From the NCBI GenBank assembly GCA_963714425.1, contig CAVQOI010000003.1, positions 8,062-72,061 of the forward strand: a DNA stretch of 64,000 nt, given 5' to 3'. Positions 1-7,535 of this stretch are shown piece after piece. Numbering within the stretch: the stretch's first letter is position 1; the number at the start of each line of letters is the position of its first letter. This DNA comes from an uncultured Chloroflexia bacterium. GTDB lineage: Bacteria > Chloroflexota > Anaerolineae > Anaerolineales > UBA4823. The position numbers were made by a program, and so were the translations under genes. The notes beneath the pieces are model-generated. The model was not told the origin of the DNA, did not search any database, and was given only the letters and a program-made list of their open reading frames with translations.

Positions 1-19
1 TATATGGGCTCCCTAGCCC

Positions 20-89
20 TGGTAACTTGGAACGTGGAACCTGAAACATGGAACCCGAAACATGGAACATGAAACCTGGAACCTGACCG
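20..89. repeat. tandem heptanucleotide repeat, about 10 units of NNGRAAC
   Basis: Direct reading: tggtaac ttggaac gtggaac ctgaaac atggaac ccgaaac atggaac atgaaac ctggaac ctgaccg. It overlaps the annotated start of ORF 62..607. Confidence 0.8.
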
Positions 90-607
90 ACCCCCAATGG
101 TCCCTGCTCGAACCCATCTTCTCGCGACCCTACCGTAGCCTGCCTTTGGCTGGCAGGCAGGGTTCCTCCCGCGGCCGTACCGCCTATTCCGATCGTTCCA
201 TCCTCGACGCCATCTTCTGGGTCCGCCGCACCGCCTCCCCCTGGTCCGCTCTCCCACCCGGCTACCCCTCCTACCTCACCTGCCGCCGCCGCGAGCTCGC
301 CTGGTCCCGTTCCGGCCTCCTCCCCCGCATCCTTGCCATCCTTCAAGACGATCTATGCCAGCGCGGCGGCATCGACCTTGACCGCCTTGTCCCCGATAAT
401 CTCATTGCCATCCAGCAGCGCGGCTCCAGCCTCCTGCTCGCTGTCCATCCCAGCTTATTAGATACCTGGCAGTTGAGCACCCTCATGATCTTCCTCGCCC
501 CTCCCCTCAAGCGCACCCTCCGTCGCCGCCGCCTGAGCATTCAATTCACCCCCATGCCCCCCTCCCCCAGTGTAGGGGCAGGTTTTATGCCTGCCCAGGT
601 TCCATGA
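62..607 (+). CDS. DUF4096 / IS5-family transposase N-terminal-domain protein with no DDE domain (probable IS remnant or domesticated fragment)
   Basis: The segment LTDPQWSLLEPIF...RSILDAIFWVRRTASPWSALPPGYPSY.TCRRRELAWSRSGLLPRILAIL fits the DUF4096 pattern (LTDxxW..I.PLLP...IL.VLRTG.PWR.LP...Y.RF.RW...G.W). No catalytic DDE region follows. The 3' end runs into a GGGCAGG-ttttat-GCCTGCCC hairpin repeat. The true start is uncertain because the first codons lie in the heptamer repeat. Confidence 0.6.
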   Translation: MEHETWNLTDPQWSLLEPIFSRPYRSLPLAGRQGSSRGRTAYSDRSILDAIFWVRRTASPWSALPPGYPSYLTCRRRELAWSRSGLLPRILAILQDDLCQRGGIDLDRLVPDNLIAIQQRGSSLLLAVHPSLLDTWQLSTLMIFLAPPLKRTLRRRRLSIQFTPMPPSPSVGAGFMPAQVP

Positions 608-612
608 TGCTC

Positions 613-647
613 TTCACCATTCACTATTCACTATTCACTCTTCACTG
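613..647. repeat. tandem heptamer TTCACNN x5
   Basis: ttcacca ttcacta ttcacta ttcactc ttcactg read directly. Two related units (ttcacgc ttcactg) sit at 1298-1311. Confidence 0.8.
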
Positions 648-654
648 CAGACAT

Positions 655-709
655 GCCAATTGAATGGAAAATTCTTGCATTATCGCTTTCAAAATATCAA
701 AAATCCCCC
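655..709 (+). repeat. copy 1 of a ~55-nt repeated module (gccaattgaatgN..cgctttcaaaatatcaaaaaTcccc)
   Basis: Near-identical core to 1317-1375. Both copies are preceded by TTCACNN heptamers. Confidence 0.7.
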
Positions 710-745
710 ACCACCAGCGCACCCCTTCCAGCGAGACCACCTCTT

Positions 746-1123
746 ATGACTCTAGATGAACACCCCACCCCCCGCCGCCGCCCCGGAGCGCCCCCCGGTA
801 ACACCAATGCCTTGAAGCACGGCTATTATGCCCACGTGCGCAAGCGCAAGCAGATGCGCAGCGATGGCGACCTCATGCAGGAGATCGCCTTCCTGCGGGC
901 ACTCGTCCGCCGCCTCTACCAGCAATCCGCTGGCGAGATGACTCTCCAGGAATTGATGAACGTCCTGCGCATCCTCTCCCTCGCCTCGGGCAGCCTCAAG
1001 CGCTTGCTCGATGCCCAGATGAACCTCAAGATGAGCCCTCAGATTTATCGCGACATGTTACAGGAAGCGCTGGATACCGCCATGAACGAAATGCAATCCG
1101 ATGAAACCAATGCACCCCCGTAG
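746..1123 (+). CDS. hypothetical small protein with a GAPPGNTNALKHGYYA motif
   Basis: ORF 653..1123. ATG at 746 (MTLDEHP...) is preferred because the upstream codons lie in the repeated module. The GNxNAxKHGxY motif recalls small DNA-binding or terminase-small-subunit-like proteins (from memory, unverified). The 3' end abuts a GGGCAGG..CCTGCCC hairpin. Confidence 0.45.
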   Translation: MTLDEHPTPRRRPGAPPGNTNALKHGYYAHVRKRKQMRSDGDLMQEIAFLRALVRRLYQQSAGEMTLQELMNVLRILSLASGSLKRLLDAQMNLKMSPQIYRDMLQEALDTAMNEMQSDETNAPP

Positions 1124-1155
1124 GGGCAGGCTTTATGCCTGCCCCGGGAATGTCC

Positions 1156-1285
1156 CCGAAAACTGGGTGTACGCAGGGGCGTAGCCCCTGTGTACACCCA
1201 GTTTTCGGGTATTCTCCCCCTTCCCTTCAGGGAAGGGGGCTAAAGGTCTGCGACCGGAGGGAAGCAGAGCGGGGGGATGGGTGAG
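1156..1285. repeat. composite GC-rich intergenic repeat (long palindrome + CCCCCTTCCC/GGGAAGGGGG hairpin + ctgcgaccggagggaagcag..ggggggatgggtgag tail)
   Basis: Palindrome ccgaaaactgggtgtacgcagggg/cccctgtgtacacccagttttcgg at 1156-1208. Hairpin arms at 1216-1225 and 1230-1239. The reverse complement of the tail matches 6505-6540, so this is the same element as 6505-6633 in the opposite orientation. Confidence 0.8.
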
Positions 1286-1316
1286 TACATACCCCTCTTC
1301 ACGCTTCACTGAACCT

Positions 1317-1375
1317 GCCAATTGAATGCAAAAAAAACCTGATTTAACGCTTTCAAAATATCAAAATTCCCCCCC
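1317..1375 (+). repeat. copy 2 of the ~55-nt module
   Basis: gccaattgaatgc...cgctttcaaaatatcaaaattccccc. Followed at 1443-1465 by a weak hairpin (cctgcc aga ggcagg) plus a T-rich tract. Confidence 0.7.
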
Positions 1376-1517
1376 TCGTTTTACCTCCCGGAAATGCGCC
1401 GTCCAAAACCCTCCCCCTTATTTGGCTTCCTTCGTGTACATCCCTGCCAGAGGCAGGTTTGTGTTAAAAAAACCACTGCCTTGGGTTGTGCTCATCGGTC
1501 GCGAAACTCCTCCCCCC

Positions 1518-2363
1518 CTACCCAACCTCCCCCCACACCTGGCGCATGTAGCCAGCATCCTCCTCCATCACCGGGCTCTCGCACAGCAGCCGCCCGGCGC
1601 AGCCGAAATCCAGCAGCGCCTGGAAGATCGCCCGCAGGTCCAGGTCGGAGTCCTGCAGCGGCAGGTGGTTCTTCTCGCCCTTCTCGCCGTACTCGATGCC
1701 CGAGAGGTGCACGTGCAGGTTCTTGAGCGCCTCATCCCCCAGCGCCTTGCCATACGCCTCCAGCGTCCGCGACCAATCGTCGTAGGTGTTCATCGTGCCG
1801 TCGCCCGGGCGGGCGTGCAGGTGGGCAAAGTCGATGCACGGCAGCACCCCGGGGATCGCCCGGCTCATCGCCAGCGTATCCTCCAGCGAGCCCAGCATGG
1901 CAGATTTGCCCATCGTCTCCGGGCGCAGGATGGCCGGGTTGCCCGCCGCCCGCAGCTCATCGACGCAGCCCTGCAGCCTTTGGATAGCCCCCGGCAGCAC
2001 CTCCGCCGGCGGGCGCTCGAAGTACGAGCCGGGGTGGAAGATGATGTCGGTCGCCCCTGCCAGGTTGCCGAAGTGCGCCGAATCCATCAGCCGCTGGCGC
2101 GACTTGGGCCACTCCTCGTCGTCCGCGTTCAGGTTGATGTAATACGGGGCGTGCACGCTGATGCGCACGTCATTTTCGGCGGCGGTCTCCTGGATGGCGG
2201 CGCACGTCTCGGGCGAGACGCGCACCGAGCGCACCCAGCCCAGCTCCAGGGCGAACAGCTCCAGCTCGGCGGAGCGCAGCACCGCGCCCACGCTGCCCCC
2301 GGGCTTCTTGGGGGTGGATTTGGGCGAGCCCACCGTGCCAAAACGGAAAGGGGATTTGGTCAT
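1518..2363 (-). CDS. xylose-isomerase-like TIM-barrel protein, AP endonuclease family 2 (endonuclease IV-like)
   Basis: ORF 1518..2378 with the start taken at MTKSPFRFG (2363). VHAPYYINLNA and IIFHPGSY resemble Nfo/AP_endonuc_2 motifs. Confidence 0.7.
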   Translation of the reverse strand: MTKSPFRFGTVGSPKSTPKKPGGSVGAVLRSAELELFALELGWVRSVRVSPETCAAIQETAAENDVRISVHAPYYINLNADDEEWPKSRQRLMDSAHFGNLAGATDIIFHPGSYFERPPAEVLPGAIQRLQGCVDELRAAGNPAILRPETMGKSAMLGSLEDTLAMSRAIPGVLPCIDFAHLHARPGDGTMNTYDDWSRTLEAYGKALGDEALKNLHVHLSGIEYGEKGEKNHLPLQDSDLDLRAIFQALLDFGCAGRLLCESPVMEEDAGYMRQVWGEVG

Positions 2364-2380
2364 AGATACCTCACACAACT

Positions 2381-2436
2381 CTCCATTCTCTACTCTCTAC
2401 TCTCCAATCCTCAATCTTCAATCTCCAATCAACAAT
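2381..2436. repeat. tandem heptamer repeat, about 8 units (ctctact/ctccaat type)
   Basis: ctccatt ctctact ctctact ctccaat cctcaat cttcaat ctccaat caacaat. It overlaps the stop and last codons of dgkA. Confidence 0.8.
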
Positions 2437-2816
2437 TTCACCAACGGTGGCCCCAGGATCAGAATTCCAATCAACGCCGCGCTGGTGGCAGCGATCAGCA
2501 CCGCCGCCGCGCCCACGTCTTTGCCCACGCGTGCCAGCTCCCGGTGCTCGTGGTCGGTCGCCAGGTCCACCACAGCTTCCAGGGCGGTGTTGATGAACTC
2601 AGCCGTCCACACCATGGCGATAGCAATGATGATTGCCGCCCAGTCGCGCGTCGACAGGCGCAGCCAAACAGCCAGGATCACCACCACCACGCTCACCACC
2701 GCGTGGATCCAGGCGTTGCGTTGCGTGCGGATCACAAACCACCACCCGCTGAAAGCGTATCGAAAGGAGCGTGCCCGCGATGCAAGGAAAGCGATCATGA
2801 GTTGATTATACGCCAA
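2418..2816 (-). CDS. dgkA: diacylglycerol/undecaprenol kinase family protein
   Basis: 132 aa with 3 TM segments. RNAWIH...TAEFINTALEAVVD matches the DgkA family pattern. It sits downstream of ybeY, as in many bacteria. Confidence 0.85.
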   Translation of the reverse strand: MAYNQLMIAFLASRARSFRYAFSGWWFVIRTQRNAWIHAVVSVVVVILAVWLRLSTRDWAAIIIAIAMVWTAEFINTALEAVVDLATDHEHRELARVGKDVGAAAVLIAATSAALIGILILGPPLVKLLIGD

Positions 2817-2835
2817 TCACAAGAGGCTCTGCAAT

Positions 2836-2856
2836 CACGCTATACGCTCTACGCTA
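2836..2856. repeat. tandem heptamer NACGCTN x3
   Basis: cacgcta tacgctc tacgcta. The same unit recurs at 35914-35934. Confidence 0.7.
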
Positions 2857-2885
2857 TATCGATGGAAATCACGTATAACGTACCC

Positions 2886-3332
2886 TTACGGGCTTATGTT
2901 TACCCCTAACTCACCCAGCACCTCGGCCTGGATGCGCCACATGCGGGCTTTCTCATCTACCTCGCCATGGTCGTAGCCCAGCAAGTGCAGCACCCCGTGC
3001 ACCACCAGGAGCTGCAGCTCATCCGCAACGCCGTGCCCTCCCTCTCTGGCTTGGGCGGCAGCCCGCGGCAGGGAGATGAGCACATCACCCAGGTAGCGCT
3101 CACCAGAATCGGGGTCCTCCTCGTCCGAGGGGAATGACAGCACGTCGGTAGGCGCGTCGATCTGAAGGAACTGGCGGTTCAGCCGCTGCAGCGGCTCGTC
3201 GCCTGTGATGACCACGCTCAATCCAGCCGATTCCGGGGCGCCCGCCTGAGCCAGGGCAGCCTGGGCGGCGCGCTCCAGCAGCGCCGGGTCTTCGATCTCG
3301 AAGTTGGCATCCGGCACCTGGATGGAGATCAT
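2886..3332 (-). CDS. ybeY: rRNA maturation endoribonuclease YbeY
   Basis: HGVLHLLGYDH zinc-binding motif. 4-nt overlap with the upstream HDIG gene. Confidence 0.9.
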   Translation of the reverse strand: MISIQVPDANFEIEDPALLERAAQAALAQAGAPESAGLSVVITGDEPLQRLNRQFLQIDAPTDVLSFPSDEEDPDSGERYLGDVLISLPRAAAQAREGGHGVADELQLLVVHGVLHLLGYDHGEVDEKARMWRIQAEVLGELGVNISP

Positions 3333-5515
3333 TGGGTTGATTCAGAAGCTGGTTCGGGGGACTTGTGTTTGGGTTCGGACGGTGCATCCATAACAGGGCG
3401 CTGCGTGGGCAGGGTCGGCACGTTTTCACTGGCAGGGACGGGGGCGCCCTTCTCCAGGCTGGGGTACTCGATGCGTGGGTGGTAAACGCCGCGCAGCGTG
3501 GCGGTGAACGACTCAGCGATGGCATCCAGATCGCGCAAGGTCAGATCCGTGTCAGCCAGCTGCTCCATGTTGATGCGGTTCTGGATCACGCTCTTGATCA
3601 GTGTCCGCATTTCATCCACGTCCTTCGGACGCTCGGCGCGCACCCGCGCCTCGCTGCCGTCTGCCAGCATCAGGATGGCGGTCTCGCGCGAGCCAGGGCG
3701 CGGGCCGGGATAACGGAATAGCTCTTGGTCCACCAGGTCCTCGTCACCGCCGGCGGCTTTGACCGCGTTGATGTATTGGTAGCGAGTGAGCATGGTGCCG
3801 TGGTGCTCGAGGATGAAATCCTGGATGCGGCGCGGAATGCGGTACTGGCGCGCCAGCTCCACGCCATCCGTGATGTGCTTGATGATGATCACCGCGCTGT
3901 CGGTAGGTGTGAACTGGTCGTGAGGGTTTTGGCTGCCGGGCACCTGGTTCTCGATGAAAAAGATCGGGTTCAGGGCTTTGCCGATGTCATGGTACAGGGC
4001 GCCCACCCGGGTGAGCAGTGTGTCAGCCCCAATGCGCTCGGCGGCTTGCTCAGCCAGGTTAGCCACCTGCAAGCTGTGCTGGTATGTGCCCGGGGCGTTG
4101 CGCAGAACACGCTGCAGCAGTGGGTTGTCGGCCCGCGAGATCTCCAGCAATTGCAGGGCGGTGGTAAGCCCCATAAATTGCGCCAGGAAGAACTGCAGCA
4201 GCACTGCCAGGCTGGCAGAAGCGATGCCGTTGAGAAGCGCAGCGCCAACCAGGGTGGTGATGCCCACCCAATCCGTCTCGGGCAAGGGCAGCCGGTAGAC
4301 AATAGAGACCAGGCTGCCGCAGCTGGCAATCACAGCGCCGGCCCAGAAGAAAGCCAGGATGCGCTGGGCGCGGCCCAGTGTGAGCACTCCCAGGATGCTG
4401 CTGAGCATATAGTACAGGGTCATCTCCAGGGAGTTGGGCAGGCCAAACGCCACCAGGATCGACAGCGATAACGAAAACACCACCGCCGCCTCTGCGCCAA
4501 AAAGGGCAGTCATCGTCAATCCGAACGCGGCTAATGGGAAGACATAGGGGATGACGGCATGTCCGGGGATGATCACCCGCGCCGACATCAAAAAGGCGAG
4601 GAAGAGCAGGGTCGCCACGGTGAGACCGCGCACGTCCCGGTTCAGCTGCCGATTGCGCCGCAGGTAGAGCAGGTTGAAGCTGGTCACCAGGAAAACCAGG
4701 ATGGCTGCCGCGGCGATATCTTGCCATCCGAATTGGGGCTGGACTAACCCCAGGTTTTGCAGCGCCTCCAGGTCGGTCTCGGAGATGATGCGGCCGCGCT
4801 GAACGACGGTCTCACCGAATTTGTAGCTGCGCGTGATAGGGGTGACGCTTTCGCGGGCTTTATCGCGTGCGGCATTTGTCAGGGTCTCGCTGTAGAAGCT
4901 GTTAGGCGTGACAAAGGCTGTAACCAGCTCGCTGACGATGTTTGCCTGGTTCTCAGGGAGCGACAGGCTTACCAGGGAATGAACGCTGCGGCGAGCATCT
5001 TCGAGGCGGTCCTCACGGATGGTGGTGCGCATCACCTGTTCGAGCACGACGATCGCCTCAGCATGTATGGCCTGCCAGCGCGAATCGTTGAGGGCCAGGA
5101 TGCCCTGGGCAGTCTCCAGGCTGAGCTGGATCTCTACCAGGGCAGCCAGGTCGCTCAGTTTCTGCTCGGGGGTGGCAAAGGTGTCGGCGCGCACGTTGGA
5201 GATGAAAGCCAGAGATGTGCGCAGCATCTCGAGCTGGCGGCGAGCGATGCCTGTATCAGCTGGTGTATAGATGGCGGGGATGCCCCGGGCGGCGGCGTCG
5301 CGCTGCTGCGCGGTGAGCAGCTTGCTCTCATAGGAGACGTCCTGAGGGGCGAGGACATCCTCGGTAGCAACCTGACCGGCCTGTAAAGAAGTGGAGGCGA
5401 GAGGCGTGATCTGAGGGGTTATCAGTGCAATGAAAGCTGTTGCAAGGGTAACTGATAACAATAAGAACCGGTACGTTCCTGCATTCCTGCCTGATTCAGG
5501 CATAGCAACTTTCAA
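3329..5515 (-). CDS. 7TM-HD (HDIG) membrane phosphohydrolase, PgpH/YqfF-like
   Basis: 728 aa with an extracellular N-domain, about 7 TM segments and a C-terminal HD domain carrying YHDIGK. Classic position upstream of ybeY. Confidence 0.85.
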   Translation of the reverse strand: MKVAMPESGRNAGTYRFLLLSVTLATAFIALITPQITPLASTSLQAGQVATEDVLAPQDVSYESKLLTAQQRDAAARGIPAIYTPADTGIARRQLEMLRTSLAFISNVRADTFATPEQKLSDLAALVEIQLSLETAQGILALNDSRWQAIHAEAIVVLEQVMRTTIREDRLEDARRSVHSLVSLSLPENQANIVSELVTAFVTPNSFYSETLTNAARDKARESVTPITRSYKFGETVVQRGRIISETDLEALQNLGLVQPQFGWQDIAAAAILVFLVTSFNLLYLRRNRQLNRDVRGLTVATLLFLAFLMSARVIIPGHAVIPYVFPLAAFGLTMTALFGAEAAVVFSLSLSILVAFGLPNSLEMTLYYMLSSILGVLTLGRAQRILAFFWAGAVIASCGSLVSIVYRLPLPETDWVGITTLVGAALLNGIASASLAVLLQFFLAQFMGLTTALQLLEISRADNPLLQRVLRNAPGTYQHSLQVANLAEQAAERIGADTLLTRVGALYHDIGKALNPIFFIENQVPGSQNPHDQFTPTDSAVIIIKHITDGVELARQYRIPRRIQDFILEHHGTMLTRYQYINAVKAAGGDEDLVDQELFRYPGPRPGSRETAILMLADGSEARVRAERPKDVDEMRTLIKSVIQNRINMEQLADTDLTLRDLDAIAESFTATLRGVYHPRIEYPSLEKGAPVPASENVPTLPTQRPVMDAPSEPKHKSPEPASESTQ

Positions 5516-5958
5516 CCTGTAAGCAACTTACGCACAGCCTGGCTGGCGGCGTCGCCGGTGGCGCGCCCCTGGATGCGCGGCATGAGCAATTTCATCACCT
5601 GGCCCATTTCGGCCGGCGAGGAAGCGCCCGCTTCTGCGATCGCCTGGCGAGCCTGCTCTTCCAGCTCTTGCGTGGTGAGCGCCTTGGGCAAGAAGCTCTC
5701 CAGCAGAGCGATCTCCACATGCGCTGTGGCCGCCAGGTCAGGGCGGCGGGCGCGCTCTGCGTCAGCGATCGTCTCGTGGCGAGACTTGACCTCCTTCTGC
5801 AGGATGGCCATCATGCCAGGATCATCGAGGGTGATGCGGCGGTCGATCTCGATCTGCTTGATCGCCGCCAGGGCGCCCCTAAGGGTGCGCTTGCGCAGGT
5901 CATCACCGGCGCGCATAGCGTCCTTCAAAGCATCCTCGAGCTGGGTTTTAACGCTCAT
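5512..5958 (-). CDS. GatB/YqeY domain protein
   Basis: 148 aa. LKDAMRAGD..R...LR...AAIKQIEIDRR pattern typical of YqeY. 4-nt overlap with the next gene. Confidence 0.85.
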   Translation of the reverse strand: MSVKTQLEDALKDAMRAGDDLRKRTLRGALAAIKQIEIDRRITLDDPGMMAILQKEVKSRHETIADAERARRPDLAATAHVEIALLESFLPKALTTQELEEQARQAIAEAGASSPAEMGQVMKLLMPRIQGRATGDAASQAVRKLLTG

Positions 5959-6083
5959 ATATTTATTATACCTAATTTTAAGGTGAGCGGGTCACAACGG
6001 GAATGGCACGAATGTGCGTATACAGCGAATGCGGTGTGGAATATGATGAAGCTATCAACGAATAAGTAAGATAGGTTAGAGAT

Positions 6084-6383
6084 TTATTCCTTTTTCAGGT
6101 TCTCTGCGATCCTGGCCTTTACCATCTTGCTGATCAACGCATACGGCATGGGTTGATCCAGCGGGAAATGAACTGACCCTTTTGTGCCCTTATAGGAAGA
6201 CAGTCCTTCAAGAGCCTCCATTGCAGATGTCTTTGGATAAAACCCTATGTGGTGCTTCCAAACCGCAAAGGAGACCAGGAACCCATTGAGATGATAAGCC
6301 GGCATTTGATAGCTTATCTTTCCCTCTGCTTCCGGAGCGGCTTCTTTAATGGTGGTCGTGATCTTGACCAGAATTTGCTGCAC
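6084..6383 (-). CDS. DUF1801 (YdhG-like) domain protein; the true start is probably upstream
   Basis: The ORF track starts at GTG 6383, but the in-frame upstream codons (..NKGTPTTIDEYIAQFPPDV) look like the conserved DUF1801 N-terminus. No ATG/GTG/TTG lies before the upstream stop. A candidate ATT at 6446 sits 6 nt after AGGAG. Confidence 0.7.
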   Translation of the reverse strand: MQQILVKITTTIKEAAPEAEGKISYQMPAYHLNGFLVSFAVWKHHIGFYPKTSAMEALEGLSSYKGTKGSVHFPLDQPMPYALISKMVKARIAENLKKE

Positions 6384-6504
6384 GTCTGGCGGAAACTGGG
6401 CGATGTATTCGTCGATCGTGGTTGGGGTGCCTTTGTTCTCTATAATGTAAATCTCCTGAAGTAGCCTTGTCTAGAACAATTGTACTACTCTTTCCAGGTT
6501 TCTA

Positions 6505-6633
6505 CTCACCCATCCCCCCCTGCTTCCCTCCGGTCGCAGGCCCTTCCCTCGAAGGGGGGAAAGAAACCGAAAATTGGGCGTACGCCCAATTTTCGGAATT
6601 ACTCCCCTCCCCGGCTGGTGGGGGGTGGGGGTG
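6505..6633. repeat. composite GC-rich intergenic repeat, inverted copy of 1156-1285
   Basis: ctcacccatccccccctgcttccctccggtcgcag + cccttccctcgaagggggg hairpin + perfect 30-nt palindrome ccgaaaattgggcgtacgcccaattttcgg (6567-6596) + cccctcccc..ggggtgggg. Confidence 0.8.
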
Positions 6634-6682
6634 CAAGTCGAAACCTTTCTGGGAGACATAAGCGGGGATTATCGAAAAGTCC

Positions 6683-6710
6683 TTGACCTTTCCGATTTTA
6701 GCGCGATAAT
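6683..6710 (+). promoter_or_regulatory. sigma70-like promoter TTGACC-16-GATAAT upstream of the GntR gene
   Basis: TTGACC at 6683-6688, GATAAT at 6705-6710, 16-nt spacer. A second perfect TATAAT at 6728-6733 lies only 12 nt before the GTG start. Confidence 0.5.
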
Positions 6711-6716
6711 AGCTAT

Positions 6717-6726
6717 TGTTATAACA
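6717..6726. promoter_or_regulatory. candidate GntR-type operator, perfect palindrome TGTTATAACA
   Basis: 10-bp perfect palindrome of GT-N-AC type between the -10 box and the GntR start codon. Position fits autoregulation. Confidence 0.45.
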
Positions 6727-6745
6727 TTATAATCTTTCGATCACC

Positions 6746-7513
6746 GTGATGCCCACGATGAATATCCCCACACAACCCTTCAGCGTGGATAAGCACAGCC
6801 CTGTGCCTTACTACTACCAAATCGAAGAATGGCTGCGCGGCCAGATCTTGAGTGGCGCCTTGCAGCCCGGTGACCAGCTGCCCAGCGAGATGGACCTCAG
6901 CAAGCAGCTGGGTGTCAGCCGCATCGTCGTGCGCCAGGCGCTCAAAGATCTAACCCACGAAGGCCTGATCGACCGCCATCGCGCTCTGGGCACATTCGTG
7001 GCGCGTCCACGGAGAGTGGTGCCTTTCTCACGCCAGAGCTTGCGTGGCCTTACCGAGGACGTGGCCGCCGAAGGGCTTACCGTGCGCTCGCAAGTCCTTG
7101 CTCAGGAGCGGCTCCCCGCAGCGGGCGAGGTGATGCATGAGTTGCTCCTCCCGCCGGGGACTCAGGTGCTGCTCATCCGCCGTTTGCGCTCCGTGCAGGG
7201 AGTCCCCATTGTGATAGAGAGCTCCTACCACCCTTACGAACGCTTCTCAGCGCTGCTGGAAATGGATTTGAGCGACCGCTCTGTATATGAGATCCTCAAC
7301 AAGGAATACGATGCCCGTCCGGTTTACGCTCGCGACCGCTTTGTCGCCGAGGTTGCCGACCAGGAGATCGCCAGCCTGCTGGAGATCGAACCTGGTGATC
7401 CGGTGATGCGCTACAAGCGCACCGCCCGAGATAAATCTGGGAATGTGATGGAGTTCACCATCTCAATCTACCGTGCCGACCAGTACCAGTTTGTCGTCGA
7501 GTACGAAAGCTAA
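6746..7513 (+). CDS. GntR family transcriptional regulator, HutC/FarR subfamily (wHTH + UTRA)
   Basis: PGDQLPSEMDLSKQLGVSRIVVRQALKDLTHEGLIDR is a GntR wHTH. The C-terminal ~150 aa are UTRA-like. Confidence 0.85.
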   Translation: MMPTMNIPTQPFSVDKHSPVPYYYQIEEWLRGQILSGALQPGDQLPSEMDLSKQLGVSRIVVRQALKDLTHEGLIDRHRALGTFVARPRRVVPFSRQSLRGLTEDVAAEGLTVRSQVLAQERLPAAGEVMHELLLPPGTQVLLIRRLRSVQGVPIVIESSYHPYERFSALLEMDLSDRSVYEILNKEYDARPVYARDRFVAEVADQEIASLLEIEPGDPVMRYKRTARDKSGNVMEFTISIYRADQYQFVVEYES

Positions 7514-7535
7514 ACCAAATTAGGAGGTCACCCAG

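Noticed and set aside
20-89. Tandem short repeats, considered as a possible CRISPR array
   Set aside because: The units are 7 nt and contiguous with no spacers, and no cas genes are in the window.
1326-2909. 527-aa ORF on the plus strand
   Set aside because: It runs antisense through the well-supported endonuclease-IV-like and dgkA genes. It has Arg/Pro/Ala/His-rich low-complexity composition, typical of shadow ORFs in GC-rich DNA, and it starts inside a repeat module.
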